Assembly: GCA_963740355.1 (NCBI GenBank)
Contig: CAVUDW010000002.1
Span: 1,568,001 to 1,632,000 of the forward strand
From: an uncultured Gemmatimonadaceae bacterium
GTDB taxonomy: Bacteria; Gemmatimonadota; Gemmatimonadetes; Gemmatimonadales; Gemmatimonadaceae
Length of the DNA stretch: 64,000 nucleotides
Reading direction: 5' to 3'
Shown here: positions 1 to 9,331 of the stretch, in pieces
How positions within the stretch are numbered: position 1 is the stretch's first letter
Layout of the letters: every line of letters begins with the position of its first letter
The notes under the pieces: generated by a model
Seen by the model: the letters and a program-made list of their open reading frames with translations, nothing else
Told to the model about the DNA's origin: nothing
The model's database searches: none
Position numbers and translations under genes: made by a program

Positions 1-44
1 AGCGTGGGAGGTCCGGCGATGGTGAGTGGAGCAGCACTGGCGCA

Positions 45-560
45 ATGCCGATGCAGCGGTCGGATACCGTGGCGCGCCCGGTGCAGTCGTCACTCCTCGA
101 TCGGCTGACTGACGACGCCCCGGGCGTGAGCCGCGAGGCACTCCCGACACACACCGAAAGCATGGCGGCGCTGCGGAGCGCGGTTCGGCACGACCTGGAG
201 TGGTTGCTCAACACGCGGCGCGACCTGGTGACGATCGACGACACCATGCCGGAAGCACGACGCTCGCTGCTGCGCTATGGTGTGCCTGACTTCAGCTCGA
301 TGTCGCGCGACGGCAGTGATACGCTCCAGCGACTGGTGCGCGAGGTCGAGGAATGTGTGGCGAACTTCGAGCCACGGCTGGCGAATGTTCGCGTGCGCGC
401 GCACGCGGATCCCGGTATGGGTGGGCGACCGGAGTTGCGATTCTCCATCGAGGGCATGTTGCGCGTCGATCCGGCACCGGAACGCGTCGTGTTCGACACG
501 GTGCTCGAGACGGCACGCGGGGAATACCTCGTGCGTGCAGGACGCCCCGACGATGCGTGA
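45..560 (+). CDS. tssE: Type VI secretion baseplate subunit TssE (gp25-like)
   Basis: SLLDRL, DLEWLLNTR, SLLRYGVPDF and FEPRLANVRV motifs; overlaps tssF start. Confidence 0.93.
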   Translation: MPMQRSDTVARPVQSSLLDRLTDDAPGVSREALPTHTESMAALRSAVRHDLEWLLNTRRDLVTIDDTMPEARRSLLRYGVPDFSSMSRDGSDTLQRLVREVEECVANFEPRLANVRVRAHADPGMGGRPELRFSIEGMLRVDPAPERVVFDTVLETARGEYLVRAGRPDDA

Positions 561-2406
561 CGAACTGCTTTGGTATTACGAGCGCGAACTGGGCTACCTC
601 CGTCGGCTCGGTGCGGAGTACGCGCAGCGTTATCCGAAGGTCGCGGGCCGCTTGCAGCTCGAGGCCACCAAGTGCGAGGATCCACACGTCGAGCGTCTGC
701 TCGAGGGTTTCGCGTTTCTGGCGGCGCGAATTCACCTCAAGCTGGACGACGACGTCTCGCAGGTGGCCGAGTCGTTGCTGGCCATCGTGGCCCCGCAGCT
801 GGTGCGTCCAGTGCCTTCGATGTCGATCGCGGAGTTCGTCGCCGACCCAGAACGCGCATCGATGCCCGAGGGGGTCGCCGTGCCTCGCGGCTCGCTGCTC
901 CGAACACGATCTGTCGGTGGCATGCGCTGCACGTTCCGTACGGCGGCACCGGTGCACCTCTGGCCGGTGAGCGTTGCCGACGCGCGTTGGGTCACGCCCG
1001 ATGCGCTCGTGCCGCCGGTCCGAGCCACCGACGCGGTCGGTGCGTTGCGGATCGAGTTGCGCGCCTTCCCCGGCGTGTCGCTCTCGTCGCTGGCGATGGA
1101 GTCGCTGCGCATTCATCTGCACGGTGACGGTTCTGTCGCTTCGACGCTGCACGAAGTGCTGTGCCGCGATACCACCGCCATCCTGGTGCGGTCGCTTGAC
1201 GATGGCGACCGGAATCAGGCGGTGCGCATCGAAGTGTCGCCTCGCATGCTCAGCGCCGGCGGCTTCGGTGCCGATGAACGAATCCTGGAGGGCGGCGCGC
1301 CGTCGTTGGCCCCATACGGTCTGCTGCAGGAATACATGGCCTTGCCGGCGGCGTTCCGCTCCGTCGACCTCGCGATTGGCAATGCCTTGCGCGCGTCGAA
1401 TGCGCGGGCCGCGGCGGAAGTCGTGATCCTGGTGGGGGCCTTCGAGCGAGGCGATCGTCGCGCGGTGCTGGCGGCCGGCGTGACGCGCGAAACGATCCGG
1501 CTCGGCTGCACCCCCGTGGTCAACCTTTACGACCACGTGGCGGAGCCGATCCTGCTCACGCACCGTCGCGACGAGTATCCGCTCGTGCCGGACGCGCAGC
1601 AGCGCCTGGCGACGGAGGTGTACGCCGTGACCAATGTGGTCGGTGTGCCGGCCGGTGGTGGTGAGGCGACGCGCTACGAACCGCTCTACGGGTTGAAGCA
1701 CGATGTGCCGGCAGGCGAGCAGCCGGTATTCTGGGTCGCACGCCGGCATCCGGCACCGGAGCGTGGCGCGCGTGCAAGCGACCTGTCGCTGGCGTTCGTG
1801 GATCGCGGTGGACGCACCTTCCAGCCGCGTCATGACGTGGTCACGGCACGAACGCTCTGCTTCAATGGCGACCTGCCGTCGCGGTTGCCGGTCGGCGATG
1901 CACGCGGCGATTTCGAGCTGGTGGGCGGCGGACCCCTGACGCGCATTGCCGCGCTGTTACGGCCGACCACGGCGGTGCATCCGCGCCTTGGTTCGGCGTT
2001 GGCGTGGCGCATGGTGTCACAACTGTCGCTCAATCATCTCTCGCTCGGTGATGGCCCGGACGCGCTGCGCGAACTGCTCCGGTTGCACGATCACGGCGAG
2101 TCGCCAGACATCGAGCGACAGGTGCAGGGCGTCAGTGATGTGAGCAGCGAAGCCGTCCACGCGCGCATTCCTGGACTGTCGCGCGGCGGTGGGTTGGCCC
2201 TGGCACGCGGGCGCCGGATCTCCATCACACTCGATGAGGATCACTTCGCCGGTGACGGCGCCTGGATCTTTGCCAGCGTGCTGGATCGCTTCTTCTCGTT
2301 GTACGCATCGCTCAACAGCTTCACGCAGCTGACGGTGAATACCCGTCAACGACGCCGTCCGCTCGGTGAGTGGTCACCGCGCGCCGGGAGCCGCGCCCTC
2401 GGATGA
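553..2406 (+). CDS. tssF: Type VI secretion baseplate subunit TssF
   Basis: N-terminal YYERELGYLR...YPKVAGRL...DPHVERLLEGFAFLAARI and C-terminal YASLNSFTQL; ATG at 553 chosen over the longer ORF-track start. Confidence 0.96.
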   Translation: MRDELLWYYERELGYLRRLGAEYAQRYPKVAGRLQLEATKCEDPHVERLLEGFAFLAARIHLKLDDDVSQVAESLLAIVAPQLVRPVPSMSIAEFVADPERASMPEGVAVPRGSLLRTRSVGGMRCTFRTAAPVHLWPVSVADARWVTPDALVPPVRATDAVGALRIELRAFPGVSLSSLAMESLRIHLHGDGSVASTLHEVLCRDTTAILVRSLDDGDRNQAVRIEVSPRMLSAGGFGADERILEGGAPSLAPYGLLQEYMALPAAFRSVDLAIGNALRASNARAAAEVVILVGAFERGDRRAVLAAGVTRETIRLGCTPVVNLYDHVAEPILLTHRRDEYPLVPDAQQRLATEVYAVTNVVGVPAGGGEATRYEPLYGLKHDVPAGEQPVFWVARRHPAPERGARASDLSLAFVDRGGRTFQPRHDVVTARTLCFNGDLPSRLPVGDARGDFELVGGGPLTRIAALLRPTTAVHPRLGSALAWRMVSQLSLNHLSLGDGPDALRELLRLHDHGESPDIERQVQGVSDVSSEAVHARIPGLSRGGGLALARGRRISITLDEDHFAGDGAWIFASVLDRFFSLYASLNSFTQLTVNTRQRRRPLGEWSPRAGSRALG

Positions 2407-3497
2407 ACAGCGAGTTGCTCGAACAGGACGCGCTCGACGCGCTCATCTCCCGCATCGAGAGTGCGCCTGGCGCGTTCGAGTTTGCGCAGATCGTTCGCCT
2501 GCTGGCACGGATCGAGCCGGGGATGTCGGCAGTGGGTGAGTTTGGCGACCCGGCACTCGAGGCGGTGCGTTTCGGCGTCAATCCCTCGTTGGCGTTCCCT
2601 CCGGGCGATGTGCAGCGCGTGAACGTGACGCCGGGTGGGCCCGGTGTCACCGATGAAAGCGAACTATCCACGCCGCGTACGCGCGCGTCGCGCGCTGGGA
2701 TGCGTGGCGCGCGCGGCCAGCCGTTCATGGAAGTGAACTTTCTCGGCCTGGTCGGACCCGCCGGTGTGCTACCAAAGAGCTACACCCAGTTCGTCGCAGA
2801 ACGCGTGGCGCTCAAGGACACGGCGCTCCGTGATTTTCTCGACCTGTTCCATCACCGGCTGATTTCGCTCTTCTATCGCGCGTGGCGGACGACGCGGCCG
2901 CATGTGGCAGCCGGTGAAGGTGCGGAGGATGACGCGCTGTCGCAGCGCTTGCGCAGCGTCGTGGGGCTCGGCACGCCGGCGGTGGCTGCTGCGCTTCCGG
3001 TCGATGATTCCGTCTTGTTGCGTCATGCGGCGCTGCTTGCACCACATGCACGATCGGCCAGCGCGCTGAAACAGTTGCTCTCCGCCTATCTGGAAGTGCC
3101 CTGCGAGGTCGAGGAGTTCGTGCCGGCGTGGTATCGATTGGCGCCCGGCACACAGTGCGCGCTCGGCGAGGACGATGACACCACGGTGCTCGGCTTCGGG
3201 AGCGTGGTTGGTGATGCCGTGTTGGACCATGGCGCACGGGCGCGTGTCCGCATCGGGCCCATGTCGCGTGCGATGTTCGATGGCCTGTTGCCCGGTACGA
3301 AGGGGCATGAGGCATTGAAGTCGATCGTGCGTTTCGTCGCTGGCGATGCCGTCGAAGTTGAAGCCTGCCTGATTCTCGAGCGTGATGCCGTTCCCGCCAC
3401 AGTCCTCGGTACCGGGAGCGGTCAGCTCGGGTGGGGGACATGGCTTCGTACACGTCGGCCGGCGCGTGACCCCGACGATACCGCGTTCCTGTTCTGA
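2403..3497 (+). CDS. tssG: Type VI secretion baseplate subunit TssG
   Basis: PSLAFP, FLGLVGPAGVLP, DFLDLFHHRLISLFYRAW and LGWGTWL motifs; ATGA overlap with tssF. Confidence 0.95.
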   Translation: MNSELLEQDALDALISRIESAPGAFEFAQIVRLLARIEPGMSAVGEFGDPALEAVRFGVNPSLAFPPGDVQRVNVTPGGPGVTDESELSTPRTRASRAGMRGARGQPFMEVNFLGLVGPAGVLPKSYTQFVAERVALKDTALRDFLDLFHHRLISLFYRAWRTTRPHVAAGEGAEDDALSQRLRSVVGLGTPAVAAALPVDDSVLLRHAALLAPHARSASALKQLLSAYLEVPCEVEEFVPAWYRLAPGTQCALGEDDDTTVLGFGSVVGDAVLDHGARARVRIGPMSRAMFDGLLPGTKGHEALKSIVRFVAGDAVEVEACLILERDAVPATVLGTGSGQLGWGTWLRTRRPARDPDDTAFLF

Positions 3498-3591
3498 TCC
3501 TGCATTCGGATACTGCGTGCTGTAGCCCCGTTCGGGAGCCTTGCCGGTCCCGTCATGCTGGTCCAGTCCTTCTGCCCTGAGCCCCAGACCG

Positions 3592-6267
3592 ATGGTCACC
3601 CTCCGCGCCCTCATCGCCAAGCTGGATCCAGAACTGCGCAACGCCGTCGAGGCGGCAGCCGGCACCTGCCTCTCGCGCACTCACTACGACATCGAGATCG
3701 AGCACCTGCTGCTGAAGGCGCTGGATGCGACCGATACCGACCTGTTCTTCGCGCTCCGACATTTCGGTGTCGACCGCTCGAAGCTGGCCACGGAAATTCA
3801 ACGGGCGCTGGACAAGTTGAAGACGGGCAACGCACGCACGCCGTCGCTGTCACCATCGTTGGTCAAGCTGTTGACCGAGGCGTGGACGATCGGCTCGATC
3901 GACTACGGCGCGCAGAAAGTGCGCACGGGACATGTGCTGGTCGCGCTCGTAACCGATGAGGACATCGCCCGTCGTATCCTGGCTGAGTTGCCCTCGCTCG
4001 CGTCGGTCAATCCGGAAGCGTTGCGCTCGACGTTCGATGCGATCGTGGTCGAGAGTGTGGAATCCCGCGCGCAGATGGCCGCCAGCGGTGGTCCGGTGTC
4101 TCCCGGCTCGGCTGGTGCAGGCGGTGCCGCTGGCGGCGCGAAGCCGGGTGGCCAGACGCCATTTCTCGATCAGTACACGGTTGACCTGACGGCCAATGCC
4201 CGCGCTGGCAAGATCGATCCGGTGCTCGGCCGCGACACCGAAGTGCGACAGGTGGTGGACATCCTCACCCGTCGTCGGCAGAACAATCCGATCCTCGTTG
4301 GCGAAGCCGGTGTCGGCAAGACGGCGGTGGTCGAGGGCTTCGCGCGTCGCATCGCCGAGGGGGATGTGCCGCCGCCACTGCAGGGCGTGACACTGCGCAC
4401 CCTCGACCTGGCCTTGCTGCAGGCCGGCGCGGGTGTGAAGGGTGAATTCGAGAATCGCCTGAAGGGATTGATCGACGAAGTGAAGAAGTCGCCGATCCCG
4501 ATCATCCTGTTCATCGACGAAGCGCATACGATGATTGGCGCCGGCGGAGCGGCGGGCCAGAATGACGCCGCCAACCTGCTCAAGCCGGCACTGGCTCGCG
4601 GTGAACTGCGCACGATCGCTGCCACCACGTGGAGTGAATACAAGAAGTTCTTCGAGAAGGATCCGGCACTTTCGCGTCGATTCCAATTGGTCAAGATCGA
4701 CGAGCCGTCGGAGACCACCTGCATGCTGATGCTGCGTGGTGTGGTGCCGTCGCTCGAGAAGCATCACAATGTCCGCATCACCGACAGCGGACTCGAGGCG
4801 GCCGTGCGCCTGTCGCATCGCTACCTCCCCGATCGCCAGCTGCCGGACAAGGCGGTCAGCGTGCTGGACACCGCCTGCGCGCGCCTTGCACTGGGCCAGA
4901 GCAGCACGCCGGCCGCAGTGGAAGACGCCCGTCGTGTGATGCAAGACCTGGAAGTGCAGGAGCGTGTGTTGCGCCGCGAAGTGGCCGTCGGTGTGAACCA
5001 CGCCGAGCGCCTTGCGTCGATCGAGACGCTGCGCGCGGCCACGGCGACTCGATTGACCGAGATGGAAGCACGCTGGGAACAGGAGCGTGCACTGGTCGAG
5101 ACGATCCGCGGGCTGCGCCAGCAGCTGGAAGCGGGTGTGCAGTCGCCCGCCATCGATGACGAAGGTGCGGCGGACAAGCTGCGTGTCGAACTGGCCTCCA
5201 AGCAGGCCGAGCTCGATGTGATGCAGGGCGAAACGCCGCTGGTGCGGGTGACGGTCGATGCGTCGATCGTTGGCGAAGTGATCGCCGGCTGGACGGGGAT
5301 TCCCGTCGGCTCGATGATGCGCGACGAACTGGGCACGCTGCTCGAGCTCGAATCGCATCTCGGCAAGCGAGTCATCGGTCAGGACCATGCGCTGGAAGCA
5401 ATCGCACGTCGCATGCGCACCAGCAAGGCTGGTATCGAAGATCCCAACAAGCCGAAGGGCGTCTTCCTGCTGGTGGGGCCGTCCGGCGTCGGCAAGACGG
5501 AGACGGCGACGACCGTGAGCGAGATGCTCTACGGCGGCGAGCGCAACATGATCACGATCAACATGAGCGAGTTCCAGGAGCCGCACACCGTCAGCACGCT
5601 GAAGGGGTCGCCTCCGGGCTATGTGGGGTACGGCGAGGGTGGCGTGCTCACCGAAGCGGTGCGCCGTCGACCGTACAGCGTGGTGCTGCTGGACGAGATC
5701 GAGAAGGCCCACCCCGACGTGTTGGAGCTGTTCTTCCAGGTGTTCGACAAGGGTGTGATGGAGGATGGCGAGGGGCGGCAGATCGATTTCCGCAACGCGG
5801 TGATCATCCTCACCACCAATGCCGGCACCGAGACGATCATGAAGTTGACGGCGGATCCCGAGACGATGCCGTTCCCGGCGGCCATGGCGGCGGCGCTCAA
5901 GCCGGAACTCGACGCGGCCTTCAAGCCGGCCTTCCTCGGCCGCACCGTGATCGTGCCCTACTACCCGATTCGGGACGAAAACCTGAAGTTGATCGTACGG
6001 CTGAAGCTGGCGAAGATCGCGCGACGGCTGCACGAGGTGCATCGTGTCACACTCGAGTACGGCGACGACCTGGTCAATCAGGTGGCCGCCCGCTGTACGG
6101 AAGTCGAAAGCGGGGCCCGCAACGTGGACAACATCCTCACGAACACGCTGCTGCCCGAGGTGTCGACGCTGCTGCTGACGGCCCTCGTCGAGGGGCACCA
6201 CGCGACCGCGGTCAAGGTCAGCGTGGACGAAAACGGTGAGTTCGCGTACGATGCAGTAACGGACTGA
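3592..6267 (+). CDS. tssH: Type VI secretion AAA+ ATPase TssH/ClpV
   Basis: Two Walker A motifs (GEAGVGKT, GPSGVGKT), RRRQNNPIL, ClpV-type N-domain; T6SS context. Confidence 0.97.
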   Translation: MVTLRALIAKLDPELRNAVEAAAGTCLSRTHYDIEIEHLLLKALDATDTDLFFALRHFGVDRSKLATEIQRALDKLKTGNARTPSLSPSLVKLLTEAWTIGSIDYGAQKVRTGHVLVALVTDEDIARRILAELPSLASVNPEALRSTFDAIVVESVESRAQMAASGGPVSPGSAGAGGAAGGAKPGGQTPFLDQYTVDLTANARAGKIDPVLGRDTEVRQVVDILTRRRQNNPILVGEAGVGKTAVVEGFARRIAEGDVPPPLQGVTLRTLDLALLQAGAGVKGEFENRLKGLIDEVKKSPIPIILFIDEAHTMIGAGGAAGQNDAANLLKPALARGELRTIAATTWSEYKKFFEKDPALSRRFQLVKIDEPSETTCMLMLRGVVPSLEKHHNVRITDSGLEAAVRLSHRYLPDRQLPDKAVSVLDTACARLALGQSSTPAAVEDARRVMQDLEVQERVLRREVAVGVNHAERLASIETLRAATATRLTEMEARWEQERALVETIRGLRQQLEAGVQSPAIDDEGAADKLRVELASKQAELDVMQGETPLVRVTVDASIVGEVIAGWTGIPVGSMMRDELGTLLELESHLGKRVIGQDHALEAIARRMRTSKAGIEDPNKPKGVFLLVGPSGVGKTETATTVSEMLYGGERNMITINMSEFQEPHTVSTLKGSPPGYVGYGEGGVLTEAVRRRPYSVVLLDEIEKAHPDVLELFFQVFDKGVMEDGEGRQIDFRNAVIILTTNAGTETIMKLTADPETMPFPAAMAAALKPELDAAFKPAFLGRTVIVPYYPIRDENLKLIVRLKLAKIARRLHEVHRVTLEYGDDLVNQVAARCTEVESGARNVDNILTNTLLPEVSTLLLTALVEGHHATAVKVSVDENGEFAYDAVTD

Positions 6268-6289
6268 AACACACCCGGGAATCCCGAGC

Positions 6290-8323
6290 ATGCCCAAGTA
6301 CACCCAGAGTACGCGCGACTTTCAGCTCACGACACCGTTGGGAACGGACGTGCTGCTCTGCGCGAGCTGGAGCTGTGCTGAAGCGGTGTCGTCATTGTTC
6401 GACCTGCGCATCGTGGCGCTCAGTGAGCGCCGCGACATCACGCCGAAGGAGTTGCTGCTGAAGACCGTGTCGCTGCTCTGCAAGACCGGGAGCGGCGAGC
6501 GGCACTTCACAGGCATCGTCCGACATGTGGAACGGTTGTCGGATGTGGCGGGGCCGTTCGCGGAGTACGTGTTGCATGTCGTGCCGCCCGCCTGGTTGCT
6601 CACCCAGGGCTCCGGCTACAAGGTCTATCAGGACAAGGACCTGCAGGCGATCCTGCGCGACGTGCTGGCGGGTGTGACGGTCGACTGGCAGTTGCAGGGC
6701 TCGTTCGATCCGGTGCCGAGTCGCACACGATTCGACGAGTCGCGCTGGAGCTTCGCGACCCGACTGCTCGAACGTGACGGCATCTGGTTCACGTTCACCC
6801 ACACCGCATCGGCGTGCACGATGGTGTTGGCGAATTCGATGGCGTCCGCCAGTGTGCGTCATGGGCTGACCGAGTTGCGCGACACCGGCTGGGATGGCAA
6901 CGCCGAGTTGCTTGGCTTGACCACGCACCAGCAGCCGTTCATCAAGAAGGTCGTCGTCGGCACGTCGCAGCCTGGACTCTTCGGGCGGGAAAATCGTGAG
7001 GAAGCGCAAGCACCCGCGATGCAATCCAGCCCCGGGAACTGGCCGCTGGATCCCTCCGCGTTCCCGGCTGAATTCGAGACGCAGTTGTACGAGTTCGTCG
7101 CAGGGCAGGGACGCGATGGCGCGGACAAGGGTGGCGGCGCGACGGCGTCGGAGTTGGGGAAGCTGGTCACCGACCTGCGACATCAGGCACTCTTGCACGC
7201 GCAGGCAAGCACGGCGACCTCTTCCCGTGCCGTGGGGTCGAGCCGCGCGACGGGCTTGGCGGCCGGCGCCAAGGTCGGCATCCATCGCACCGGCGAGTCA
7301 GCGGCCAACGGGCAGTACTTCATAACGTCGGTGGAGCATGCCGGTTCCAACGGCAGCTATCTCGGCGGTGACGACGCGGCTCCGTCGTATCACAACGAGT
7401 TCACCTGTGTGCCGCACAGCGTGGTGTATCGCCCGCCGCGCCAGACGCAGTGGCCGGTTGTGCAGGGGGTGCATGTCGCGACGGTCGTCGGCCCTTCCGG
7501 CGAGGAGATCTTCACCGACAAGCTGGGTCGGGTGCGCGTCGTCTTCGAATGGAACCGCGACGCGTCGGCGCCGAACGGACCGGGCGACGCGTGTTGGGTC
7601 CGCGTGGCGCAACTCGTCTCGGGGGCCGGCTGGGGCGCCTTCTTCCTGCCGCGTGTTGGGCACCAGGTGCTGGTGAGCTTCCTTGGTGGCGATCCCGATG
7701 CGCCGGTGGTGGTTGGCAGCCTGTACAATAATACCAACATGCCACAAATAAAGCTCCCGGATGACAAGACGCAGAGCGCGGTGCGCTCGCGATCGTCACC
7801 GCAGGGGAGCGCGGAGAACTACAACGAACTCCGATTCGAGGACAAGAAGGGCGAGGAGGAAGTCACCTTCCAGGCGGAGCGTGACTTCATCGCGCTGATC
7901 AAGCACGACTCGACGCTGACGGTGAAGGAAGGCAACCAGAGCATCACGATCCAGAAGGGCGACCAGACGCTGACGGTCGAGAAGGGCAAGTACTCGATCA
8001 CCGTCGAGAAGGATGTGGCGACCGAGGTGAAGTCCGGCCACTGGCTGACGACCGTCAAGGCCGGCGATTCGACGACGAAGGTGTCGGCGGGGAAGTCCCT
8101 GCTCGAGGTGGCGAAGGACATCACGATCGAGAGCAAGGGGGGGAAAGTCTCCATCACGGCGCCGATGGCGATTGAGCTCAAGTGTGGTCCCAGTACGATC
8201 AAGATCAGCCCGAGCGGTGTCGAAATTTCCGGTCCCACGTTCAAGGCCAGCGCCAATGCGACTGCTGAAGTGTCGGGCAGCGCAATGCTGACCCTGAAGG
8301 GCGGCATTGTCATGATCAACTGA
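6290..8323 (+). CDS. vgrG: Type VI secretion spike protein VgrG/TssI (no C-terminal effector extension)
   Basis: EEIFTDKLGRVRV, WVRVAQ, PRVGHQVLVSFLGGDPDAP, NELRFEDKKGEE, followed by beta-helix spike repeats ending KGGIVMIN. Confidence 0.95.
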   Translation: MPKYTQSTRDFQLTTPLGTDVLLCASWSCAEAVSSLFDLRIVALSERRDITPKELLLKTVSLLCKTGSGERHFTGIVRHVERLSDVAGPFAEYVLHVVPPAWLLTQGSGYKVYQDKDLQAILRDVLAGVTVDWQLQGSFDPVPSRTRFDESRWSFATRLLERDGIWFTFTHTASACTMVLANSMASASVRHGLTELRDTGWDGNAELLGLTTHQQPFIKKVVVGTSQPGLFGRENREEAQAPAMQSSPGNWPLDPSAFPAEFETQLYEFVAGQGRDGADKGGGATASELGKLVTDLRHQALLHAQASTATSSRAVGSSRATGLAAGAKVGIHRTGESAANGQYFITSVEHAGSNGSYLGGDDAAPSYHNEFTCVPHSVVYRPPRQTQWPVVQGVHVATVVGPSGEEIFTDKLGRVRVVFEWNRDASAPNGPGDACWVRVAQLVSGAGWGAFFLPRVGHQVLVSFLGGDPDAPVVVGSLYNNTNMPQIKLPDDKTQSAVRSRSSPQGSAENYNELRFEDKKGEEEVTFQAERDFIALIKHDSTLTVKEGNQSITIQKGDQTLTVEKGKYSITVEKDVATEVKSGHWLTTVKAGDSTTKVSAGKSLLEVAKDITIESKGGKVSITAPMAIELKCGPSTIKISPSGVEISGPTFKASANATAEVSGSAMLTLKGGIVMIN

Positions 8324-8982
8324 TGAGCGCCTCCATGAGCCCTCGCACCGACGCCCCGCTCGATCCATCCACCACTATCGGCTTCGTGGTGGAGCGTGCC
8401 GGCGTTCCGGACGCATGGCGCGAGATTGCGCACTGTACCGACGATCCTTCCGCGCTGGTGGATTCACTGGCGCGCGCCGGCCTGTCCACCGAGGCGATTC
8501 GGTGCATCGCGGTCGCAATTCCATCGCGCCAATGCATCTGGTGGGCCTGGGTCACCGCACGACACACCCTGGCGTCCGCCGAGACCGACGGCGCACCGGC
8601 GTCGCCGCGGCATTCGGAATTGTTGACGATGATCGAACGCTGGATCGCGGAGCCTGACGATGTCCGTCGACGTGAGATCTGGGGACTCGCACAGTCGCTT
8701 GGGATCAAGCACCCGGTGACGCTGGTTGCGGCCGCGCTCTGGTTCAGCGGCGGCAGCATCGCGGCGGCGGAAGGTTCTGCGCCGGTTCCCGCGCCGCCGG
8801 GCATGGTTGCCACCTTCGTTTCGGCAGCAGTTTCGGTGGCGTCGCTGCAGGGAGACCCGCAGCATGCGGACGATCGTGTGCATGCCTCCATCGCGCAGGG
8901 CACGGAGATCGTGACCAAGCTCGGTGGGTGGGCGACGTCGATCAGTTATGTCCGGCAGGAAACGTCTGCGCAGGGGGCCTGA
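8323..8982 (+). CDS. DUF6931-like T6SS-associated protein
   Basis: WWAW...WIAEPDDVRRR...AAALWFSGGSI...PAPP pattern; translationally coupled between vgrG and PAAR. Confidence 0.7.
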   Translation: MSASMSPRTDAPLDPSTTIGFVVERAGVPDAWREIAHCTDDPSALVDSLARAGLSTEAIRCIAVAIPSRQCIWWAWVTARHTLASAETDGAPASPRHSELLTMIERWIAEPDDVRRREIWGLAQSLGIKHPVTLVAAALWFSGGSIAAAEGSAPVPAPPGMVATFVSAAVSVASLQGDPQHADDRVHASIAQGTEIVTKLGGWATSISYVRQETSAQGA

Positions 8983-9275
8983 TGGGGATGCCAGCCGCTC
9001 GAGTGACCGACATGCATGTCTGTCCGATGGTGACCGGGATCATTCCGCACGTCGGTGGCCCGATTCTGCCGCCGGGTGTGCCGACCGTCATGATCTGCAG
9101 CATGCCCGCAGCCACCATGACGTCGCAGTGCGTGTGTGTCGGCCCCCCGGATGTGGTCATCAAGGGCTCGGCGACGGTGTTGATCGGCAAGAAGCCGGCA
9201 GCGCGCCTGACCGACAATACGGCGCACGGTGGCATGATCGTGCTTGGCGCGCCGACGGTGTTGATCGGCGGGTGA
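8982..9275 (+). CDS. PAAR-domain spike tip protein
   Basis: MPAARVTDMHVC, MPAAT and KPAARLTD repeats with metal-binding His/Cys; 97 aa, no toxin extension. Confidence 0.95.
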   Translation: MGMPAARVTDMHVCPMVTGIIPHVGGPILPPGVPTVMICSMPAATMTSQCVCVGPPDVVIKGSATVLIGKKPAARLTDNTAHGGMIVLGAPTVLIGG

Positions 9276-9331
9276 GCATCAGGCGTCGACTGGCGCCCGA
9301 GGCATCGACACGCCGACAACTCCAGCGCAGG

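Noticed and set aside
1..44. Possible 3' end of an upstream T6SS gene (AWEVRRW-stop at 2-25)
   Set aside because: Too short to identify
3850..6303. 817-aa minus-strand ORF
   Set aside because: Antisense shadow of tssH caused by high-GC codon bias
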